A stretch of 32,000 nt of DNA from Candidatus Pelagibacter sp. HTCC7211 (GCF_000155895.1 NZ_DS995298.1:60001-92000), one strand, 5' to 3'. Positions 15,921 to 25,381 are shown, numbered from the stretch's first letter. Program-made: numbers and translations. The notes: generated from the sequence alone by a model not told the origin.

Positions 15921-17240
15921 ATGTCGAGCCCCATAATAATAAAAAAAAAAATAAAAAATTTTGATAAAGAAATATTTGTAAGCGGAGACAAAAGTATTAG
16001 TATTAGATGGGTTTTATTTGCATCACTAGCAAATGGAAATTCTAAAGCAAAAAATTTGTTAATTTCAGAGGATGTAAAAGCGGCAATCAAAACAATAAGA
16101 AAATTGGGCATTAAAGTCGATTTAAAAAATAATATTTGTAAAATTTACGGAAAAGGGATTGATGGATATAAATATAAAAACAATCTTACTCTGAATGCTG
16201 AAAATTCAGGGACACTAGGAAGATTAATTCTTGGATTTTTAATTAATACCACAAAACCAATTAATCTTATTGGTGATAAAAGTTTATCAACAAGAGATTT
16301 TAAAAGAATATCCGATCCTTTAAGTAAATTTGGAGGTATTTTTAGATTAAAAAATAAAAAAAACTTACCTTTAACTATTTATAGTCCTAAAAATTTAAGA
16401 CCAATATCTTACTTAGAAAATAAAGGATCAGCTCAATGCAAAAGTGCTGTAATTTTTGCAGGTATGAGAACTGAAGGAACTACTTTTATCAAAGCAAAAA
16501 AATCAAGAAATCATACAGAGCTGATGTGTAAATATCTAAAATTACCAATCACAGTAAAGAATAAAAAGATTTATGACTTAATAAAGGTAAAAAAAGTAAA
16601 AGAAATTAAACCATTTGACTATATTATTCCCTCTGATATCAGCTCCAGTGCTTTTTTTATCATTCTGACATCATTATCAAAAAATTCAAAATTACTTATT
16701 AAAAATGTAAATATTAATCCTTCAAGAGTAGCTATAATTTCTATTTTAAAAAAGATGGGTGCAAAAATCACTTTTCAAAATCAAAAAATTTATAAAGGTG
16801 AAAAAATTGCTGATATTAAAGTTATAGGAGGAAAAAAACTTAAAGCCATCAATTGTCCTACAAGATTTAATAGCGGAGCAATTGATGAATTTTTAATAAT
16901 TTTTATTCTAGCTGCTAAAGCTAAAGGTATTTCATATTTTAAAGATTTAGCTGAGTTAGATCAAAAAGAAAGTCCAAGACTGCAATGGGGTGCTAAAATT
17001 CTTAATTTGATGGGTGTAAAAAATATTGTAACCAAAGACTCTATAAAAATTTTCGGTAACCCTGATTTTGAAGTAAGAAAAAAGATAATAATTAAAGATT
17101 ATTTAAAAGATCATAGAGTGTTTATGACTTGTGTTGTTGCAGGTCTTTCATTTGGTGGTGAATGGCACATACATGATAAAGACTCAATTAAAACTTCGTT
17201 TCCTAGTTTTCTTAAAACTATAAATCAATTAAAAACTTAA
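15921..17240 (+). CDS. aroA: 3-phosphoshikimate 1-carboxyvinyltransferase (EPSP synthase)
   Basis: 439 aa. SGDKSISIRWVLFASLA, NAENSGTLGR, PSDISSSAFF and KDHRVFM motifs. Confidence 0.92.
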   Translation: MSSPIIIKKKIKNFDKEIFVSGDKSISIRWVLFASLANGNSKAKNLLISEDVKAAIKTIRKLGIKVDLKNNICKIYGKGIDGYKYKNNLTLNAENSGTLGRLILGFLINTTKPINLIGDKSLSTRDFKRISDPLSKFGGIFRLKNKKNLPLTIYSPKNLRPISYLENKGSAQCKSAVIFAGMRTEGTTFIKAKKSRNHTELMCKYLKLPITVKNKKIYDLIKVKKVKEIKPFDYIIPSDISSSAFFIILTSLSKNSKLLIKNVNINPSRVAIISILKKMGAKITFQNQKIYKGEKIADIKVIGGKKLKAINCPTRFNSGAIDEFLIIFILAAKAKGISYFKDLAELDQKESPRLQWGAKILNLMGVKNIVTKDSIKIFGNPDFEVRKKIIIKDYLKDHRVFMTCVVAGLSFGGEWHIHDKDSIKTSFPSFLKTINQLKT

Positions 17241-17896
17241 TGATCAAAAGAAAAAATATTTTAAAAATAGCAATTGACTCTCCAGCAGGAGCTGGGGCTG
17301 GAACTTTAGCAAAAGCTATATCAAAACATTACAATTTATTTTATCTCGATACAGGAAAAATATATAGAATGATTGCATATTTAAAATTGAAATATCCAAA
17401 AAAATTCAATCGGAAATTTATTAAATCAAAAATTAAATCTTTAAAAGTTAAAGACTTAGCTAAAAAAGCACTATTATCTGATGAAGTGGGTACAGAAGCA
17501 TCAATTATATCAAAAGTAAAATTAACAAGGAAACTTGTACATTCTTTTCAGTTAAATTTTGCATACAATCCACCAAAAAAATATAATGGTTCATGTTTAG
17601 ATGGAAGAGACATTACTTACAATATTGTACCAGATGCTGAATTTAAGTTTTTTATTACCGCCAGTGTAAAAACTAGAGCATTAAGGCGATATAAAGAGCT
17701 AAAAAGTTTAAAAAAAAAAATTTCTTACGATGAAGTGCTTAAAAGTATCAAAAAACGGGATAAAAGTGACTACAATAGAAGAATTTCACCCCTCAAGAAA
17801 ACAAAAGATTCGGTATTGATTAACACTACAAATTTATCTAAAAGAGCGTGTTTTTTAAAAATAAAAAAAATTATAGACAGAAAAATTAATATTTAA
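17240..17896 (+). CDS. cmk: Cytidylate kinase homologue with a non-canonical P-loop (GAGAGT instead of GAGKGT)
   Basis: 218 aa. Has IAIDSPAGAGAGTLAK, LDTGKIYR, DGRDITYNIVPDAEFKFFITASVKTRALRR and RDKSDYNRRISPL, and sits in aroA-cmk-rpsA synteny. Confidence 0.85.
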   Translation: MIKRKNILKIAIDSPAGAGAGTLAKAISKHYNLFYLDTGKIYRMIAYLKLKYPKKFNRKFIKSKIKSLKVKDLAKKALLSDEVGTEASIISKVKLTRKLVHSFQLNFAYNPPKKYNGSCLDGRDITYNIVPDAEFKFFITASVKTRALRRYKELKSLKKKISYDEVLKSIKKRDKSDYNRRISPLKKTKDSVLINTTNLSKRACFLKIKKIIDRKINI

Positions 17897-19623
17897 TGGA
17901 AATTTATAAAGACCTATCAAATACAGCATCTCAAGAATTCGAAAAACTATTAAACAGCCAGCTTTCAAAAGTCCAAATTGAAGAAGGAAAAATTATTGAA
18001 GGAAAGATTAACAAAATTACTGAAAAGTTTGTTTTCTTATTTGTTGAAGGTTTAAAAAGTGAACCTGTTTTAGATATCAATGAACTAAAAAGCATGGGAC
18101 TTGCTGATAAAATAAAAGTAGGTGAAACAATATCAGTATTGTTAGAAAAAATTGAAGATAAACATGGTGAAGTTTTAGTTTCTGCTAGTAAAGCTCAAAA
18201 AATTAAAGGTTGGGACAAACTTGTAGAAGCTTATGAAAAAAATGAACCAATCATGGGTAAAATTACATCTAAATGTAAGGGTGGATGTATTGTTGAACAT
18301 ATAGATACTGGCTCTTTAATGTTTTTACCAGGATCCCAAATAAGCGATAAACCTTTGAAAGATATAAGTCATTTAATGAATGAACCACAAAAGTTTGCAT
18401 TAATTAAATTAGATAAAATTAGAGGAAACGCGTGTGTTTCTAGAAGAGAAATTATTTCATCGTTTAAAAAAGAAGATAAAGCTAAAATAATAGAAAAATA
18501 TAAAGTTGGAGATATTATTAAAGGTGCTGAAGTTAAAGGTTACAGCACTTTTGGATGTTTCTTTAATGTTAACGGTGAATTAGATGTATTAGTTCATCTG
18601 CAAGAAATTTCTTATTCAAGAGTAAACCATCCTGATGAAGTTTTTAACATTGGTGAAAAACATGATCTTAAAGTTATCACTGTAGATAAAGAAAAACTAC
18701 AAGTTGGTTGTTCAGTTAAACAATTATCACCTGACCCTTTTGAACATATTGAAAATTACGAATTAAATAAAATTTATAAAGTTAAAGTTTCTAAATTAAT
18801 GGATTTTGGAGCTTTTTGTGAATTAGAACCAGGACTTACAACATTACTTCACTCAAGTGAACTTAGTTGGACTAAAAAAAACATATCTGCAAAAAAAATG
18901 TTCAAAGTTGGTGATGAAATAGATTGTGTTATTACAGAGATTGATAAAGACAAAAGACGTGTTGCAATTTCACATAGATTAACTCAAGAAAATCCATTTG
19001 AAACTTTTGAGAAAAAATATCCTGTAGGAACTATTGTTGAAGGCGAAGTTGTTAATAAAAATGAATATTCATTATTTGTAAAAGTAGAAGACTTAGATGT
19101 AGATGCTTTTTTACATTGCAATGATTTAACTTACCTAAATAATGGTGAACAAGAATTAGAAAAATATAAAAAAGGTGACAAGATAAAAGTTAAAGTGCTT
19201 GAAGTTAAAGTTTCTGAACAAAAAATTAGAGTTGGTTTAAGACAAACACAAGCAGATCCTTTTGAGTGGTTTAAAGACAAAGCTAAAAACCAAACAATCA
19301 CTGTAAAAGTAATCTCAACTGATAATAAAGGTTTGATGGTTAGACCTGAAGGCTGTGAAATGGATTTCCAAATTAAAAAATCGGCAATTGCAATAAATGC
19401 AGCTGATGCAAGACCAAGTAGATGGACAGGTGGTGAAAAACTTGACTGTGCAATAGCTGACCTTGATCTAGATAAAAGAAAAGTTACATTGAGTATTAAA
19501 TTACTAGAAGAAATTGAGAAAAAAGAAGCTTTAGATAAATATGGATCTGAAGGATCTGGTAAGAACTTACCATTTTCTTCACTTTCTGAAGATTTAAAGA
19601 AAAAAGAAGAAGATAAAGAGTAA
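17896..19623 (+). CDS. rpsA: 30S ribosomal protein S1
   Basis: 575 aa of repeated S1/OB domains (GxVxG..V....G.FV patterns such as GDIIKGAEVKGYSTFGCFFNV and YKVKVSKLMDFGAFCEL). Sits in cmk-rpsA-ihfB synteny. Confidence 0.95.
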   Translation: MEIYKDLSNTASQEFEKLLNSQLSKVQIEEGKIIEGKINKITEKFVFLFVEGLKSEPVLDINELKSMGLADKIKVGETISVLLEKIEDKHGEVLVSASKAQKIKGWDKLVEAYEKNEPIMGKITSKCKGGCIVEHIDTGSLMFLPGSQISDKPLKDISHLMNEPQKFALIKLDKIRGNACVSRREIISSFKKEDKAKIIEKYKVGDIIKGAEVKGYSTFGCFFNVNGELDVLVHLQEISYSRVNHPDEVFNIGEKHDLKVITVDKEKLQVGCSVKQLSPDPFEHIENYELNKIYKVKVSKLMDFGAFCELEPGLTTLLHSSELSWTKKNISAKKMFKVGDEIDCVITEIDKDKRRVAISHRLTQENPFETFEKKYPVGTIVEGEVVNKNEYSLFVKVEDLDVDAFLHCNDLTYLNNGEQELEKYKKGDKIKVKVLEVKVSEQKIRVGLRQTQADPFEWFKDKAKNQTITVKVISTDNKGLMVRPEGCEMDFQIKKSAIAINAADARPSRWTGGEKLDCAIADLDLDKRKVTLSIKLLEEIEKKEALDKYGSEGSGKNLPFSSLSEDLKKKEEDKE

Positions 19624-19636
19624 AAGAAGATTAAAA

Positions 19637-19930
19637 TTGGCTATTGTAAAATCAAAGCTTTTAAAACAACTTTCTGATAATTATCCAAATTTTCTAAAAA
19701 AAGACCTTGAAAAATTTACCAATATTATTCTTGGTGAAATTAAAAATGCTCTTAAAAGAGGAGATCGAGTTGAATTAAGGGGTTTTGGTGTTTTTTCAAC
19801 TAATATCCAAAAAGCAAGAATTTCAAGGAATCCAAAAACAGGAGAGAAAGTTAATACACCTCAAAAAAAAACAATTCACTTTAAAATGTCAAAAGACTTG
19901 TTTAAAAAATTAAACGATGAAGAACAATAA
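19637..19930 (+). CDS. ihfB: Integration host factor beta subunit
   Basis: 97 aa. HU/IHF fold motifs RVELRGFGVFS and RNPKTGEKV. TTG start at 19637. Located downstream of rpsA. Confidence 0.88.
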   Translation: MAIVKSKLLKQLSDNYPNFLKKDLEKFTNIILGEIKNALKRGDRVELRGFGVFSTNIQKARISRNPKTGEKVNTPQKKTIHFKMSKDLFKKLNDEEQ

Positions 19931-20588
19931 AATATTCATAGCTTGTGACAGCACAAATATTCCAAGAATTAAAGAAATAATAAAAAAATCAAAAACTTCC
20001 AAATTAAAGATTGGTTATAAATTTGGATTAGAGTTTTTAAATTCCAAAAATGGAAGAAAATTTGTTTTACAATTAAAAAATCAAATAACTTTTGGAGATT
20101 ACAAATTTTCAGATATCCCAAATACTTGTGCTTCAGCTATAAAGGCAATTAAAGATCTTAAATTTAATTATTGTACTATGCACATTAGTTCAGGACTAGA
20201 AGCGCTAAAAGCAGCAAAGAAAGCTTCTGGTAGAACTAAATTAGTAGGAGTTACAATTCTAACATCATTAGACAACAAAGCTCTTAATGAAATTGGTTTT
20301 AAAAAAGATGTCAAAAAATTAGTCTACCAACAAGCTAAGTTAGCTAATAAAGCAAAATTAGACGCTATTGTTTGTAGTGCACAAGAAGTTAAAATAGTTA
20401 GAAAAATATTTAAAAAAGAAATTATTACACCTGGAATAAGATTTGATTCAAAATTAAATGATCAAAAAAGAGTTTTAACCCCTAAGCAGGCATATAAAAA
20501 TGGAAGTGATTGGCTTGTTATTGGAAGACCTATTACTAAAGGCAATATTAAAAATAATATTCAAACATTAATCAATCATTTAAACTAA
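19917..20588 (+). CDS. pyrF: Orotidine 5'-phosphate decarboxylase
   Basis: 223 aa. IFIACD, LKIGYKFG, KFSDIPNT and VIGRPIT motifs. Confidence 0.9.
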   Translation: MKNNKIFIACDSTNIPRIKEIIKKSKTSKLKIGYKFGLEFLNSKNGRKFVLQLKNQITFGDYKFSDIPNTCASAIKAIKDLKFNYCTMHISSGLEALKAAKKASGRTKLVGVTILTSLDNKALNEIGFKKDVKKLVYQQAKLANKAKLDAIVCSAQEVKIVRKIFKKEIITPGIRFDSKLNDQKRVLTPKQAYKNGSDWLVIGRPITKGNIKNNIQTLINHLN

Positions 20589-21214
20589 TGAAAGGTTCTA
20601 AGATTTGTGGGATCTCAGATCTTGATACTCTTAAATTTATAATTGATCATCAATATCCACCTCAATTTATTGGTTTTATTTGTAATTATAAAAAAAGCTC
20701 AAGATATGTTGAAGTTGAAAAGCTAAATGAATTATTAAAATTAGATAAAAAAAATTCTTATTTTGTGGCTGTACTTGTTAAACCTGATGGAGAAATTTTG
20801 GAGAAAATTAAAAATCTCCCTTTTGATTATTATCAAATATATGACTGCACACCTGAAGAGACTAAAGAAATTAAAAAAAAGTATAATAAAAAAATTATTA
20901 CTGCTTTAACTATAAAAGATAAAAGTGATGTTCAAAAACATAATTTGTTTTCTGAGGTAGCTGATATTTATTTATTTGATAGCAAAGGCTACGAAAAAAG
21001 TATGGCTTTTGACCATGAACTTATTCAAAAAATAAAGATTAACAAACCATTAATGTTAGCTGGTAATATACAAATAAATGATAATCTTGAAAATTATAAA
21101 AAAATAGCAGATATTATAGATATATCTGGGGGTCTAGAAACTTCTGGGGTAAAAGATAAATCCAAAATAGATATATTTTTAAATAAGATAAAACAGGTGC
21201 AAAATGAAACTTAA
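20588..21214 (+). CDS. trpF: Phosphoribosylanthranilate isomerase
   Basis: 208 aa. KICGIS start, FIGFIC...SSRYV, LAGNI...ISGGLE pattern. Located directly upstream of trpB-trpA. Confidence 0.85.
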   Translation: MKGSKICGISDLDTLKFIIDHQYPPQFIGFICNYKKSSRYVEVEKLNELLKLDKKNSYFVAVLVKPDGEILEKIKNLPFDYYQIYDCTPEETKEIKKKYNKKIITALTIKDKSDVQKHNLFSEVADIYLFDSKGYEKSMAFDHELIQKIKINKPLMLAGNIQINDNLENYKKIADIIDISGGLETSGVKDKSKIDIFLNKIKQVQNET

Positions 21215-22433
21215 AAGAGGAATTCTATTAATTGATCAGCATGATCAACACGGTTTTTGGGGTGGTAAATTTGGAGGTAGTTTTATTCCTGAGACTTTAA
21301 AAAAACCTGTAGAAGATTTAACAAACGAATTTAAAAAACTAAGAAAAGATAAAAAATTTCTTAAAAAAAGAGACCATTATTTCAAAAATTATATAGGAGC
21401 TCCTACTTCATTTGTAAAACTTGATAATTTAACAAATCAATTAGGTGGTGCTCAAATTTGGGCGAAAATTGTCTCTGAAGCAAACGGAGGTGCACACAAG
21501 ATATATAATGCAACTGTTCATGCTCTTATTTGTAAAGCGATGGGTAAAAAATACATAGTTGGAGATACTGGGGCTGGTTATGCAGGGAAAATGCTAAGTA
21601 TGGCAGCTAAAAAATTTGGTCTTAAATGTAAAATATTTATGGGTGCAAAAGATATTAAAAGACAAAAACCTAATTGTGATGCAATGAGAAAGAATGGAGC
21701 TGAGATAGTTCCTGTTTACTCTGGAAGTCAAACGCTAGTTGATGCTGTAAGTGAATGTATGAGATACTGGGTATCAAATTGCGATAATACTCACATGTGT
21801 GTAGGAAGCACCGTTGGACCTAATATATTTGTTAAAATCTGTGGCTGGAGCACTGCACAAATTTCTAGAGAATTGAAAGTACAATTAAAATCAGAGTTTA
21901 AAAAAATACCAAATAAAATAAAATTAATAAACTGTGTTGGGGGTGGAAGTTCAGCATATGGATTTTGGAGTGAGTTTATTGACTATGATAAAAAACAGAT
22001 TGAACTAATTGGCGTTGAAGCGGGTGGGCCTAAAAATTCAAAACTGCACGCAGCTCCATTAAGCCGTAAAACAAAGATTGGGATATTGCATGGAGCAGCC
22101 TCTTATGTATGTCAGAATAAAGAGGGCCAAATAAATGAGACCGAGTCTATAAGTGCTGGACTAGATTATCCTGGAGTAAGTCCTATGCACTGTTTTTTAA
22201 AAGATACTAAAAGGGCAAGATATACATATGCAACAGATGAAGAAGCGTTAAATGCACATCAAATGGTAACTAAATTTGAAAATTTAAATCCTAGTCTTGA
22301 ACCAAGTCACGCATTTGCAGAAGCAATTAAAATTGCTCCTAAATTAAGTAAAGATACAATTATAATTGTAAATTCATGTGGTGATGCAAAAAAGGATAGA
22401 GATATTTTAAGAGAAAGATTGGGTAAAAAATAA
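21204..22433 (+). CDS. trpB: Tryptophan synthase beta chain (divergent at several normally invariant motifs)
   Basis: 409 aa. Has GGKFGGSFIPETL, the PLP-lysine context GGAHK, GGGSSA and SISAGLDYPGVSPMH, within trpF-trpB-trpA order. Confidence 0.88.
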   Translation: MKLKRGILLIDQHDQHGFWGGKFGGSFIPETLKKPVEDLTNEFKKLRKDKKFLKKRDHYFKNYIGAPTSFVKLDNLTNQLGGAQIWAKIVSEANGGAHKIYNATVHALICKAMGKKYIVGDTGAGYAGKMLSMAAKKFGLKCKIFMGAKDIKRQKPNCDAMRKNGAEIVPVYSGSQTLVDAVSECMRYWVSNCDNTHMCVGSTVGPNIFVKICGWSTAQISRELKVQLKSEFKKIPNKIKLINCVGGGSSAYGFWSEFIDYDKKQIELIGVEAGGPKNSKLHAAPLSRKTKIGILHGAASYVCQNKEGQINETESISAGLDYPGVSPMHCFLKDTKRARYTYATDEEALNAHQMVTKFENLNPSLEPSHAFAEAIKIAPKLSKDTIIIVNSCGDAKKDRDILRERLGKK

Positions 22434-23233
22434 TGAGTTCTTTAATTAATCAGGCTTTTCAAAATGCTAAAAGTGAAAATAGACCAGCTTTACTTACTTA
22501 CACAGTAGCTGGAGATAATACTAAAAAAAGATCCTTAGAGATATTAAAATCAATTTCTAATTATGCAGACATTTGTGAATTAGGCTTTCCACATAACACA
22601 CCTATTGCAGACGGTGGCCAAATACAAACCAGTGCTTATCGTGCCATTAAAAATGGAATTAAAATTAATGACGTTTTTTCAATAGCTAAAGATTTTAAAA
22701 GTAAGAAAAAAAATAAACCTATTATTCTAATGGGCTACTACAACATGATTTTTCAATGTAATGAAGATAAATTTTTAGAAAAATGCAAAAAATCAAAAGT
22801 TGATGGATTAATTGTTGTAGATTTACCTTATCCAGAGAACCAAAGTTTTGCTGCTAAATGTAAAAAAAAAGGAATTAACTTTATTCAATTAGTATCCCCT
22901 ACTACATCTGAGATAAGATTAAAAAAAATAATCAAAGATTCTCATGATATGATTTATTATATAAGTATGCTTTCAACAACTGGAGGTAAATTAAAAGTTT
23001 CACCTAAAAAAATATTGGAAAAATACAGTAAAATTAAAAATCAAAATAAATCTAAAAATGTTGTGATTGGATTTGGAATTACTGAAAAAACAATAAAATC
23101 ACTTAAAAAAGCTGATGGATTAGTTGTTGGAAGTGCAATTTGTAAGGAAATTTCCAATTCAATTAATAAAAGACAAAATACTGTCACAAATGTTACTAAT
23201 ATCGTCAAGAGACTAAAAAATAAAATTAAATGA
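22433..23233 (+). CDS. trpA: Tryptophan synthase alpha chain
   Basis: 266 aa. ADICELGFPHNTPIADGGQIQ (catalytic Glu and Asp present), VIGFGIT and GLVVGSAI. The ATG overlaps the trpB stop. Confidence 0.9.
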   Translation: MSSLINQAFQNAKSENRPALLTYTVAGDNTKKRSLEILKSISNYADICELGFPHNTPIADGGQIQTSAYRAIKNGIKINDVFSIAKDFKSKKKNKPIILMGYYNMIFQCNEDKFLEKCKKSKVDGLIVVDLPYPENQSFAAKCKKKGINFIQLVSPTTSEIRLKKIIKDSHDMIYYISMLSTTGGKLKVSPKKILEKYSKIKNQNKSKNVVIGFGITEKTIKSLKKADGLVVGSAICKEISNSINKRQNTVTNVTNIVKRLKNKIK

Positions 23234-24159
23234 ACTGGATTACAAAAATAATTAAAGCAGGTGAGAAAATTAAAACTGCTTTTCATGAAAGAGCTTCTAA
23301 AGAAGATATAGCCAAAAGTGATTGGACTTCATGTTGTAAAGGACCAATATTAAAAAAAGATTTAGCTAATAATTTATGGGTATGCCAAGACTGTAACAGA
23401 CATCATCGAATTAAACCAAGTCAAAGATTTGATATCTTATTTGGTAAGAATAATTATGAAATATTCAAAACACCTATACCAAAAGATGATCCATTAAATT
23501 GGACTGACTCAAAATCTTACAAAGATAGATTAAAAGCTGCTCGTAAAAAAACTGGTATGGAATGTGGAATGATGGTTGCTAGTGGAACTATTAACAATAT
23601 TAAAATTACAGCAGTTGCTTCTGATTTTGATTTTCTAGGAGCTTCAATAGCTGCAGCTGAAGGGGAAGCGTTCTTATACGGAATTCAACATGCTATTGAA
23701 AACCAAACTCCTTTTTTATGTATCAGCGCTGGTGGTGGAATGAGAATGATGGAAAGTTTAATATCTCTATCTCAAATGACCAGAACAACACTTGCAATCA
23801 ATGAATTGAAGAAAAATGGTTTACCTTATTTAGTATGTATTACAGATCCAACAGCAGGCGGTATTACAGCATCTTATGCAATGCTTGGTGATATTCATAT
23901 CGCTGAACCGGGTGCATTAATAGCTTTTGCGGGAGCAAGAGTTATTCAAGGAACGGTTAAAGAGGAATTACCTGAAGGATTTCAAAAGAGTGAGTACGTT
24001 GAAAAAACAGGTTTTGTTGATTTAATTGTTGAACGTAAAGATTTAGCATCAAAAATAGGAACTTTATTATCAATATTGTTAAAGCAAAATTCTGTTATAA
24101 GTTCTGAGCAAAATGAAACTTCAGAAGATAGTCAGTCGCTTACAAGAGCTGCATCCTAA
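23230..24159 (+). CDS. accD: Acetyl-CoA carboxylase carboxyltransferase beta subunit
   Basis: 309 aa. N-terminal Cys cluster (WTSCCKG...VCQDCNRHHRI), then FDFLGASIAAAEGEA, SAGGGMRMMES, TDPTAGGITASYA and GARVIQ. Confidence 0.92.
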   Translation: MNWITKIIKAGEKIKTAFHERASKEDIAKSDWTSCCKGPILKKDLANNLWVCQDCNRHHRIKPSQRFDILFGKNNYEIFKTPIPKDDPLNWTDSKSYKDRLKAARKKTGMECGMMVASGTINNIKITAVASDFDFLGASIAAAEGEAFLYGIQHAIENQTPFLCISAGGGMRMMESLISLSQMTRTTLAINELKKNGLPYLVCITDPTAGGITASYAMLGDIHIAEPGALIAFAGARVIQGTVKEELPEGFQKSEYVEKTGFVDLIVERKDLASKIGTLLSILLKQNSVISSEQNETSEDSQSLTRAAS

Positions 24160-25381
24160 AGAAATAGATCTAAGTTTAGATCGTATTCAAAATCTCTGTC
24201 AAAGATTAGGAAACCCTCAAGATAAACTCAAAGCAATTTCAATTGTAGGAACCAATGGAAAATATTCAACCATCCAAGCAATGTTTGCTTTTTTAAAAGA
24301 GGCAAATATCAAATGTAATATCTTCACTAGTCCACATATCAAAAATATTAATGAAAGATTTGTTTTTAACAATGAAGAACTTAATAATGAAGAGTTAGCA
24401 AGTTTGTTTGAAGAAATTGAAAGTGCTAATAATAACGAACCTATTACTTTTTTTGAGATACTAACTGCAGCTTATTTTTTAAAAGCCTCTCAATATCCAG
24501 ATAATATAAATTTAATAGAAACTGGCTTATTTCATAGGTTTGACGCCACAAATATACTTAAAGATAATCTAGCTAGTATTGTAACTTCTATTGGCCTTGA
24601 TCATTTAGATTGGTTACCTGAAAATGAACAAACTGTTGAAAAAATTATTTATGAGAAAACTTCAACTCTTTTAAATTCAAATATTATAATTGCAAAACAA
24701 AGCTCTAAAGAAATTACAGATAGTATTAGAAAAACAATCTCAAATAATATTTCAAAGAAGTTTTTTCATAATGAAAATTATAGTTTTACAATGAAAGAAA
24801 ATGATTTCTTTTATTATGAGGATCAATTAGGTGGAATTAAATTACCAATGCCAAATGTTAAAGGGCAATTTCAATTAGAAAATATCTCAACAGCTATTGC
24901 AACGTTAAGAGCTATAAAAGATTTTGATATAAAAGATGAACATATCAAAAAAGGAATTACAAAAATAAAAAGTATTGCAAGATTGCAAGAAATTAAATCT
25001 GGTAGACTAAAAGAACTTACAAAAGAACATCAACTTTTTGTTGATGGCTCTCATAATCCTTTAGGTGCAAAAGTATTAAATGAATATTTAGAAAGTTTAA
25101 ATTGTAACAAACATATCATCTTAGGAATGATGGCTAATAAAGATCATAATGAGTATATGAGTTACTTTAAGGATGTTAAAACCTTGACCACTATAGATAT
25201 CCCAAATCAACCAAACTCCATTAAAGGAAAAGAGCTTAAAGATAAGCTAAATAGCTTCAAAAATATCAATTATAAAGAAAGTATAGAGAGTGCTATCAGG
25301 TCAATTCCGGTCAAGGAAAACGATATTATCCTAATTACTGGATCTTTATATCTTGCTGGAGAAGTATTAAACGCAAACTAG
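24113..25381 (+). CDS. folC: Bifunctional folylpolyglutamate synthase/dihydrofolate synthase
   Basis: 422 aa. Mur-ligase P-loop VGTNGKYS, TSIGLDHLDWL, VDGSHNPLGA and a C-terminal ITGSLYLAGE. Sits in accD-folC synteny and overlaps accD by 47 nt. Confidence 0.88.
   Translation: MKLQKIVSRLQELHPKEIDLSLDRIQNLCQRLGNPQDKLKAISIVGTNGKYSTIQAMFAFLKEANIKCNIFTSPHIKNINERFVFNNEELNNEELASLFEEIESANNNEPITFFEILTAAYFLKASQYPDNINLIETGLFHRFDATNILKDNLASIVTSIGLDHLDWLPENEQTVEKIIYEKTSTLLNSNIIIAKQSSKEITDSIRKTISNNISKKFFHNENYSFTMKENDFFYYEDQLGGIKLPMPNVKGQFQLENISTAIATLRAIKDFDIKDEHIKKGITKIKSIARLQEIKSGRLKELTKEHQLFVDGSHNPLGAKVLNEYLESLNCNKHIILGMMANKDHNEYMSYFKDVKTLTTIDIPNQPNSIKGKELKDKLNSFKNINYKESIESAIRSIPVKENDIILITGSLYLAGEVLNAN

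Noticed and set aside
15884-16111. 75-aa minus-strand ORF across the lptB/aroA junction
   Set aside because: It is antisense to two supported genes, and the hydrophobic low-complexity translation is typical of AT-rich antisense frames. The same applies to 23041..23286, 25709..25897, 28295..28519 and 28793..29059.
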